From Nitrospirota bacterium (GTDB taxonomy: Bacteria; Nitrospirota; UBA9217), in NCBI GenBank assembly GCA_963818475.1, contig CAWFSF010000006.1, positions 352,001-416,000 on the forward strand: 64,000 nt of DNA, given 5' to 3'. Shown in pieces: positions 51,949-59,317 of the stretch (the first letter of the stretch is position 1; each line of letters starts with the position of its first letter). The notes beneath the pieces are model-generated. The model saw nothing but the letters and a program-made list of their open reading frames with translations. It made no database searches and was not told the DNA's origin. A program made the position numbers and the translations under genes.

Positions 51949-52245
51949 ATGAGCGATAGCGGTCTGAAAAAAGCGGTCATCATCGGTGCGGTGCTTGGCG
52001 CCATGGTGAGCCTTGGCACCGCGCTTGCCATGGATTATGTCCTGTCGGACTCGCTCCAGGGGACTTGGCGGCAAGCTGCGGCAAAGGATGTGACAAAAAT
52101 CTTCGGCGCCTCCTGCGGGCAGAACTGGTGGGCGGTCTCGCTGGTCCTGGTGTTCGTCATGTCGTTCCTGGCAGCTTTTGGTGCTGTTCTGGGCGTTGTG
52201 GCCGGCGTGATCATGAACCGGTTCTTCAAGTTGGTGCTCAAATAA
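51949..52245 (+). CDS. Small two-TM membrane protein
   Basis: AGGAG RBS and two hydrophobic helices. Confidence 0.65.
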   Translation: MSDSGLKKAVIIGAVLGAMVSLGTALAMDYVLSDSLQGTWRQAAAKDVTKIFGASCGQNWWAVSLVLVFVMSFLAAFGAVLGVVAGVIMNRFFKLVLK

Positions 52246-52402
52246 ACGAAGCAGTTGGTGCGGTTCACGGCGGTCGGTTCCAGCGCGGACAGAATAGGCC
52301 AAAACGATATCGTATCTCCTTGAATCAAAACGGGATAGTTCCCGGGTTGCAGCAGGGGAACCGGCGTCAGTGGGCCGGTATGCTCAGTGAGGTCACGAAG
52401 AC

Positions 52403-53635
52403 GTGCTTTTCAATATTATCAAACGATCGTTCATGAATCAGAAAAAGGCCATGGCCGTCATGGTCGTGTCGGTGGCGGTGGGAACTGCGATCGCAGCCTC
52501 GCTGCTGTCGCTTTCGTTCGACATCGCCGCAAAGGTCTCGAAGGAACTCCGGTCCTATGGAGCGAACATCGTTGTGCAGCCAAAGGTAACTGGTCTTGCC
52601 GGTCTCAGCGGCCAGAAGCGCTATCTCCGGGAGCAGGACGTCGTCAAAGCAAAGACCATTTTCTGGAAGCACAATATTCTTGGCGTCGTGCCGATCCTGA
52701 CCGTGCCTGACGAAAAGCTGGCCGCGGTGGTGCTCGGTACCTGGTATCACAAGACCCTGCCGGTTCCGGGCGAGAAAAACGGTTTTGACACGGGTATCTC
52801 GAGCGTGATGCCCTGGTGGTCGATCGACGGCGCCTGGCCCCAGGGTGATGAAGAAGTCCTTGCAGGCGTCAGCCTTGCACAAAAGCGCGGGCTTAAGCTT
52901 CATGATACGGTCACGGTCCTGGGCCGCCGCCTCAAAATATCCGGCATACTGACAACAGGCGGGAAGGAAGACGACATGGTTGTCGGGGAACTGGCATCGG
53001 TCCAGCGCTTGTCCGGTCTTGAGGGAAAGCTCTCCCAGGTGTTCGTGAGCGCGCTCACGACTCCCATGGATGCTTTTGCCTATAAAGATCCCAACACGAT
53101 GACCAAAAAAGAATATGAAAAATGGTACTGCACCGGATACGTCACCTCGATCGCAAAGCAGCTTGAGGAAGAGAATGTGTTCGCCGGTTCGATCGCGAGG
53201 CCGATCTGGCCTGTGGCCGAGACCGAAGGCCGGGTCTTGAACAGGCTTGAGATGCTGATCGGACTCTTGACCGCCGTGTCGCTCCTGGCCGCGGCGCTCG
53301 GCGTATCAACGACCATGATCATGAGCCTGCTGCGGAGGATCGACGAAGTGGCGCTCATGAAGGCCATCGGAGCCGACCGTATATCGACCGTGACCATTTT
53401 CATGACCGAAGCGCTGCTGATCGGGCTTGCCGGCGGCATCATCGGCTACTTTCTGTCGCTCGGCATCTCGCAATATCTCGGCTACGAGGTGTTCGGCGCC
53501 GCGCTGGAGCAGAAAAGCATTCTTTTCCCGATCAGCGTCAGCGTCTCGGTGCTCATCTCGATGATGGGGGTGTATTTGCCGATCCGGCGGGCGCTCTCGA
53601 TCAAGCCTGCCATCGTCCTGAAAGGGGGCCAATAG
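52403..53635 (+). CDS. MacB/FtsX-type ABC permease (Fet-cluster-like)
   Basis: ELRSYGANIVVQP, EKWYCTGYVTSIA and EVALMKAIGA. Confidence 0.85.
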   Translation: MLFNIIKRSFMNQKKAMAVMVVSVAVGTAIAASLLSLSFDIAAKVSKELRSYGANIVVQPKVTGLAGLSGQKRYLREQDVVKAKTIFWKHNILGVVPILTVPDEKLAAVVLGTWYHKTLPVPGEKNGFDTGISSVMPWWSIDGAWPQGDEEVLAGVSLAQKRGLKLHDTVTVLGRRLKISGILTTGGKEDDMVVGELASVQRLSGLEGKLSQVFVSALTTPMDAFAYKDPNTMTKKEYEKWYCTGYVTSIAKQLEEENVFAGSIARPIWPVAETEGRVLNRLEMLIGLLTAVSLLAAALGVSTTMIMSLLRRIDEVALMKAIGADRISTVTIFMTEALLIGLAGGIIGYFLSLGISQYLGYEVFGAALEQKSILFPISVSVSVLISMMGVYLPIRRALSIKPAIVLKGGQ

Positions 53636-53979
53636 TTCCAAATCGCAGTCCAAATACAGCCTCTCAACACCGGCGCGAGACGTCACCATTGCCATGGCTG
53701 GATACTTTTGCTGAAATCGTAGTAAACTTTTTTAGCCACATAAGCCACAAAAGACACAGAAATAATCTTTGTTTTTTCCGCAGCAAGAGAACGCAGAGAG
53801 CACAAAGAAGGGGAAAGCGGTTTGTATTTTCTGAGATCTTTGCGTTCTTTAGCGGCCAACCTGAATGGTTACTGTTTTTAAGGTTTTACTCTGTACTTAT
53901 GTGAATTATGACGGCAAATTTGAGTTCTTGCGAGTTTCTCAAGTTTGAATATTTGACAATTTAGAACTGGAAATTTCTT

Positions 53980-55059
53980 ATGAAAAACTGGTTCCTCTAT
54001 TTTCTAAAAAGATCGGTATCCGAGCGCAAGGGCCGGTTCATTATTGCGGCTTCAGCCGTGATGCTGACCGTTTCCGTCGTAACATCGCTGGCAACGCTCT
54101 CGCTCGGGATCAGGGACAAAATGGGCATTGAGCTCAAGCAGTATGGCGCGAATATGATCATTACCGGCAGCTCCGGAAAAGAGCTCGACCTCACCGTTGC
54201 GAACGGGATCGTGGCCATGAAAGAATATGTCAAAGGCGCGTCCTTCCAGATCTATGGAAGTGCCATGGTGAAGAACGCGGCAGTTGAGGTCATTGGAGCG
54301 GAGCCTGCGAAGATGACGGGCTATCGGCTGTATGGAACGCTACCCCGGGAATCAGACGAGATGATGGTCGGGGTCAATCTCAAGGATGCCTTGAAAATAA
54401 AACAAGGGGATATCCTGCGGTTTGACGGTTCCCCTGTGGAATTCCGGGTGACCGCGTTGTTCGAAAAGGGTTCAGATGAGGACTCCACGCTGGTAATGCC
54501 GATCGAAGGGGCCCGGCAGCTGCTGGGCGTGGCCGGCGTGAGCGCCATCCTTTTGAACGCGGATACGAAGTCGCTGCCAAAAGCTGAGGCGGCGTTCCTC
54601 CTGAGCTATCCGTTCATCGAGGTCAAAACACTCAGGCAGGTCGCCGTTGCAGAAGAACGCATCCTCGGCAGGATCCAGCTGCTCATGCTCCTGGTAACCG
54701 GCGTCGTGCTCTTTTCCTCGATCATCGCCCTGGGAAGCACCATGGGGGCCAATGTGATCGAGCGGAGGGAGGAGATCGGCGTCATGAAATCGCTGGGAGC
54801 AACGCGGAAGCATATCCGGGATTTTTTCATGTCCGAAGCGGCAGGCGCCGGCCTGGTCGGCGCGCTGGCCGGTTATCTCGCCGGCATTGTGTCGGCCGAG
54901 GTCGTATCGAAGACCGCCTTTGGGTCCTTTATCCCGGTGAACCTGCTGGTGGCCCCGCTCGCTGTTCTGCTCGGTGTGTTCATCGCGATCCTTTCAACGT
55001 ACCTGCCTGTTCGCGACGCCATGAAAGTCGTTCCTGCGCAGATCCTGCGCGGGGAGTGA
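53980..55059 (+). CDS. MacB/FtsX-type ABC permease
   Basis: ELKQYGANMII, ERREEIGVMKSLGA and PAQILRGE. Confidence 0.85.
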   Translation: MKNWFLYFLKRSVSERKGRFIIAASAVMLTVSVVTSLATLSLGIRDKMGIELKQYGANMIITGSSGKELDLTVANGIVAMKEYVKGASFQIYGSAMVKNAAVEVIGAEPAKMTGYRLYGTLPRESDEMMVGVNLKDALKIKQGDILRFDGSPVEFRVTALFEKGSDEDSTLVMPIEGARQLLGVAGVSAILLNADTKSLPKAEAAFLLSYPFIEVKTLRQVAVAEERILGRIQLLMLLVTGVVLFSSIIALGSTMGANVIERREEIGVMKSLGATRKHIRDFFMSEAAGAGLVGALAGYLAGIVSAEVVSKTAFGSFIPVNLLVAPLAVLLGVFIAILSTYLPVRDAMKVVPAQILRGE

Positions 55060-55166
55060 TTGATGCAAAAAGGGTGAATAGGGAGAAGGCTGAAGGTGGA
55101 AGTTGAATATGCGTCAGCTTTCAGCCTGATCTCCTGAGTAGTTACGAAAAAAATGAGGTATGCCCA

Positions 55167-55835
55167 ATGGCGATCATTTCAATAACCGAACTGTCAAAGC
55201 ATTATGATACAACGTCAGCGCTGAAGGGCGTGAACTGCGAGATCGAACAGGGAGAGTGGGTAAGCCTTGTCGGCCCCTCGGGGTCCGGCAAGAGCACGCT
55301 GCTCAATATTGTCGGAGGCCTTGACCAGCCCTCAGAAGGGGGGATCAGCATCAACGGCACCGACATCAATGCGCTGCGCGACGATGAGCTCGCCCGCTTC
55401 CGGCGGGAAACCATCGGATTCGTGTTCCAGCAGTCGCACCTGATCCCCTACCTCGATGCTACGGAAAACGTGATGCTGGCCCAGTATTTTCACAGCATTC
55501 CCGACCGGGCCGAGGCCGAGGACGCGCTCAGGCGCGTAGGGCTCGGGCACCGGCTCGGCCACCGCCCGTCACAGCTCTCCGGCGGAGAGCAGCAACGGGT
55601 CTGTATCGCCCGCGCGCTCATCAACAACCCCTCCTTGCTGCTGGCCGACGAGCCGACGGGCAATCTCGACCGGTCGAACACCAAGAACATCCTCGAACTG
55701 ATGAAGGACCTCCATGCGCAGGAAGGCTTCACGATCGTCGTGGTGACCCATGACCCTTTTGTGTCGCAATGGGCAGGCCGGATACTCTCCATGGAGGACG
55801 GAAGGATAATCAGGGATGAGCCCGTTCATCGGTGA
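55167..55835 (+). CDS. ABC transporter ATP-binding protein (LolD/MacB-like)
   Basis: GPSGSGKST, LSGGEQQR and LADEPTGNLD. Confidence 0.93.
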   Translation: MAIISITELSKHYDTTSALKGVNCEIEQGEWVSLVGPSGSGKSTLLNIVGGLDQPSEGGISINGTDINALRDDELARFRRETIGFVFQQSHLIPYLDATENVMLAQYFHSIPDRAEAEDALRRVGLGHRLGHRPSQLSGGEQQRVCIARALINNPSLLLADEPTGNLDRSNTKNILELMKDLHAQEGFTIVVVTHDPFVSQWAGRILSMEDGRIIRDEPVHR

Positions 55836-57207
55836 CGCCTTCGTCATAGGGGTAAAAGAGGGCATACCGCTCTATCTCAGCGCCGGCCTCGTACTTGCGT
55901 ATGGCAGGAAAGAGCGTCTCGCGTCTCTGACGATGCCTCTGGTTGCGGGCGTGCTTGCTGTTCTGCTGACGTCTTTCGCGGTGTTGAACACCGGCGTTAC
56001 TCCCGAGTTCAGGGATATCATCGTTAAGATGGTCGGCTACGTCTTCGGGCTGTTCTTTCTGTTTTCCCTCGGCGCTTTGTACCATACAACGGGGACCGAT
56101 CTGCTCGGGCCGCTGAAAGCGCTTTCCCAAAAAAGAACGGTTATGGTCCCGGTCATCCTTCTGCTTACCCTGCTGTATTGTGCACCCGATATGGCGGGAT
56201 CGTCCCTGTACGTTGCGGACCTGTACTCCATGGCGGAAGGGAACAAGAGCGTGTTTCTTGCCGCCGCTGGGGGGTTCGGCCTGGCGGTCCTGCTTACCCA
56301 CGTTGTTGCAACGCGGATCAGATTCGACGTGATGCGCTTTTTCGATTTGCCCCAGGTATTATTGTCTCTAGCACTCATGAAACTGATCGCCGGCGGCGTG
56401 CGGGGTTTCGCCGAACTGTCCCTGATCCCGTCAATGCAGTCGGGATTGATGAAGCTCATTCATGATATGGTGCATCAGACCTTCGTGTTCCTTCTGGTCC
56501 CGGATCATCCGCTTCTCTCCACGACGACCTGGAGCTTTATCGGTTTCCTGTTCGGTCCGGCCGTGGGCCTGTGGCTTTCCCTCGGCATCATGCTCCTGCC
56601 GCTCATCATCTTCATAAAAATGCATTTCACCGAAGCGGTTGCTCTCCCTGCGGAGATCAGCGTTCCTGCACGAAAGAGGATCTTCATCAGGGCCGTCCGC
56701 GACCAGCGCATCATGAAATCCATCCCGGTGTTCTTGTTCATGGTATTCATCGTGAGCACGTGGTTCGCGCAAAAGGGAGAGCAGGCCGATCGCTTGTACA
56801 CGCCGCAACCGAGGCCGATCATGGCAGAGAATGGAAAAGTGACCATCCCGCTCCAGTCGACCCTGGATGATCTGCGCGACGGGGCACTGCATAAGTTCTC
56901 AGTAACAGTGGCAGGGGAAGAGGTGCGGCTTTTGATCATGAAAAAACCGGATGGCACGCTCGCGGTCTGTCTCGATGCCTGCGAGATCTGCCAACCTGAA
57001 GGGTATGGCCAGGCCCCGGAACATGTTGTGTGCCTTTATTGCAAGACGCCCATTCTGTTCGCTTCGCTCGGCAAACCGGGCGGATGCAATCCCATCCCCC
57101 TTGCCGCACTGGTCACGGAGAAGGATGTGCAGGTCGATCTTGCAGAGATCTCCGGACAGTGGGCGAAGGTAAAAAGCGGCGATGCGAAAGGAATGGTCAC
57201 GCAATGA
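55816..57207 (+). CDS. Polytopic membrane protein with FTR1-like TMs and a C-terminal DUF2318 Fe-S domain
   Basis: KEGIP (degenerate REGxE) and DACEIC..VCLYC..GGCNPIPL. Confidence 0.78.
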   Translation: MSPFIGDAFVIGVKEGIPLYLSAGLVLAYGRKERLASLTMPLVAGVLAVLLTSFAVLNTGVTPEFRDIIVKMVGYVFGLFFLFSLGALYHTTGTDLLGPLKALSQKRTVMVPVILLLTLLYCAPDMAGSSLYVADLYSMAEGNKSVFLAAAGGFGLAVLLTHVVATRIRFDVMRFFDLPQVLLSLALMKLIAGGVRGFAELSLIPSMQSGLMKLIHDMVHQTFVFLLVPDHPLLSTTTWSFIGFLFGPAVGLWLSLGIMLLPLIIFIKMHFTEAVALPAEISVPARKRIFIRAVRDQRIMKSIPVFLFMVFIVSTWFAQKGEQADRLYTPQPRPIMAENGKVTIPLQSTLDDLRDGALHKFSVTVAGEEVRLLIMKKPDGTLAVCLDACEICQPEGYGQAPEHVVCLYCKTPILFASLGKPGGCNPIPLAALVTEKDVQVDLAEISGQWAKVKSGDAKGMVTQ

Positions 57208-58220
57208 AGCTTCCGCACAAGCTCATTTCTTTTATTGCTTCCAGGACCGTTACCCTGTGGCTTATCGGCCTGTTCATCGTTTATTATCTGACGAAGGCTG
57301 TCTGGTCGAAGGAAGCTTTTGGAGCGTTTATTTCCCATCTGGGAAATCATGCGGTATTCAGGCTGCTGTACGCGGTTTTCTTCCTGAACGTGACTTGCAG
57401 GGCGTCAGCTGCCCTGAAGCGGTCCTGGCCGTGCAAACCCCGTTTTTTTTTGCGCCTTCCCTTGTACCTGGGATTGATCATTTTCCTTTTCTCCTTGTTC
57501 ATGAGCTTGAATGTCCGGAAAACCCTGTGGTCTCCGCCGTTGGGAGAAGGAGATCCGGTGGTAATTCCCTGGGAAGCGGAACAGTTGCAGGTCGTTCAGG
57601 TCGAGCCGGCGCTCAAAAAAAAGGCGCTCAGGGCCGAGGGGTCCGCGATTTTTGATTATGAGCCTATTGTTACCCTGCAGGACGCTGTTGGTAAACGGTT
57701 CAGCGTGGGAGCTTTTCCTCCAACACAGATACATTCAACGTATCTTCATATACTGCAATTCGGCATTGGTCCTGGTGTGGAACTGAAAAAGGACGGGGAG
57801 GTGGTTTCTCAAGGCTATGTGGCGCTGAATCTCACTCCCTTTGGTGTGGTGGACACCTTTCAGCTCCAACCCTATCACTATCAGTTTTATATCAGCGTTG
57901 TTCCGAACGGGACTGTCAAAAAAGGGAGGGAAATTGCCCGAAACTATGACCTTGAGAAACCACGGTATCACCTCGAGATCGTGGCGGGAGATCGTGCCAT
58001 CTATGCGGGAGACGTGGAAACGGGCAGGGAAATGGCATTCGATGGCCAGATGACAGTGCGTTTTATTGCACCCTCTGACTGGGTGCTCCTCGATATCGTT
58101 CATGATCCCTTCCTTTTCTGGTTCGTAGGCGGGATCTTGCTGCTTGTTGCCGGAGCACTGCTTTACCCGTTGTCTCTGCTTATGAAAAAGTGCGACAGCG
58201 AATTAAAAAATGCAGCTTGA
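57204..58220 (+). CDS. ResB/Ccs1-like membrane protein
   Basis: Three N-terminal TMs (FLNVTC), a large periplasmic beta region and a HDP-TM C-terminus. Confidence 0.55.
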   Translation: MKLPHKLISFIASRTVTLWLIGLFIVYYLTKAVWSKEAFGAFISHLGNHAVFRLLYAVFFLNVTCRASAALKRSWPCKPRFFLRLPLYLGLIIFLFSLFMSLNVRKTLWSPPLGEGDPVVIPWEAEQLQVVQVEPALKKKALRAEGSAIFDYEPIVTLQDAVGKRFSVGAFPPTQIHSTYLHILQFGIGPGVELKKDGEVVSQGYVALNLTPFGVVDTFQLQPYHYQFYISVVPNGTVKKGREIARNYDLEKPRYHLEIVAGDRAIYAGDVETGREMAFDGQMTVRFIAPSDWVLLDIVHDPFLFWFVGGILLLVAGALLYPLSLLMKKCDSELKNAA

Positions 58221-58401
58221 AAATAAGAAGTTGCCCTTAGACATGATTTTTTTGTTTTTTCATGAATTAAATGCTCAGTAGATAGAAAACCAACAGTATT
58301 TTGAGCATAATCACTCATAATTTGAGACTTTAGGATGTTTTTTCCGTTATATTTTAAAACCAATATAAATAAGTTATTGATATAAAAGGCCAATGATGTC
58401 G

Positions 58402-58417
58402 TGGTATGTGTATTGCA
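58402..58417 (+). promoter_or_regulatory. Sigma54 promoter with a consensus IHF site at 58370-58382
   Basis: TGGTAT-GTGTA-TTGCA; TATCAATAACTTA on the minus strand. Confidence 0.72.
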
Positions 58418-58505
58418 TATTAACATTGCAACAATCATAAAAGGGCAATAGTTGTATGACGATAAATTGCTCTTTAAGTAGTTGAATTTATTTAGGAGTA
58501 TTGAA

Positions 58506-59261
58506 ATGTCAAGAAAAAGCATGCTGGTTAATCTGATGATAATATGTTTTATGTTTACCTTCTCAGGTATGGCTTCCGGTGGCACTATTGCCGGCAGCAA
58601 GCATGACTTTTCGAAGAACGAATTGCCAATTGTAACCTATTTTGCCGGAAACTTCACGTCCGGAGGTGATGAAATCAGAGAGACGTGCGTGTTCTGCCAC
58701 ACCCCGCATGCTGCTTCGACAGCGGTGACAGGGTTTCTCTGGAACCGGACCGGTTCTTCTGTGGCTAACTATGATATGTACACCAGCACAACGCTTTCCG
58801 TCGTCCCTGACTCGAGGCCGACCGGCTTGACGCTTATGTGCATGAGCTGTCATGACGGCGTAACCTCCATAGCGGTTGGAACGCTTATAAATGCGCCCGG
58901 GGCAGGCCCTGTTGACCTGGTCGCTCCTGGTGCCTATCAGTTTATCGGCGAGATTTACTACCCCAGTCCTTTTTTCGGTGGTGAATGGCAGGCGAATATC
59001 GGCAACCTTACCCCGGATGGCACCTTCGGCACGAGGGCGAACCTTAGTGATGACCACCCGGTATCGTTTACGTGGAATAATAATGTCCCCGGCATTTTCG
59101 ATCCAGGCGAGTGGACGGGAGTTGGTGCGACAGCGCTCAAACTTTTTAATAACAGGATGGAATGCTCCACGTGTCACAATGTGCATGATAACACAAACGC
59201 GCCTTTTTTAAGGATGTCGAATGCTGATAGCGCTATGTGCACAACGTGCCACGACAAGTAA
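58506..59261 (+). CDS. Secreted tetraheme c-type cytochrome, OmcE-like paralog 2
   Basis: SKHDFS, CVFCHTPH, LWNR, CMSCHDG, LSDDHPV, ECSTCHNVHDNTNAPFLR and CTTCHDK. Confidence 0.87.
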   Translation: MSRKSMLVNLMIICFMFTFSGMASGGTIAGSKHDFSKNELPIVTYFAGNFTSGGDEIRETCVFCHTPHAASTAVTGFLWNRTGSSVANYDMYTSTTLSVVPDSRPTGLTLMCMSCHDGVTSIAVGTLINAPGAGPVDLVAPGAYQFIGEIYYPSPFFGGEWQANIGNLTPDGTFGTRANLSDDHPVSFTWNNNVPGIFDPGEWTGVGATALKLFNNRMECSTCHNVHDNTNAPFLRMSNADSAMCTTCHDK

Positions 59262-59317
59262 CGACGGCTTCGGTGAAACTGGGCGATCCTGATTTTAAAG
59301 CTACCTCGGAGGTGTGT

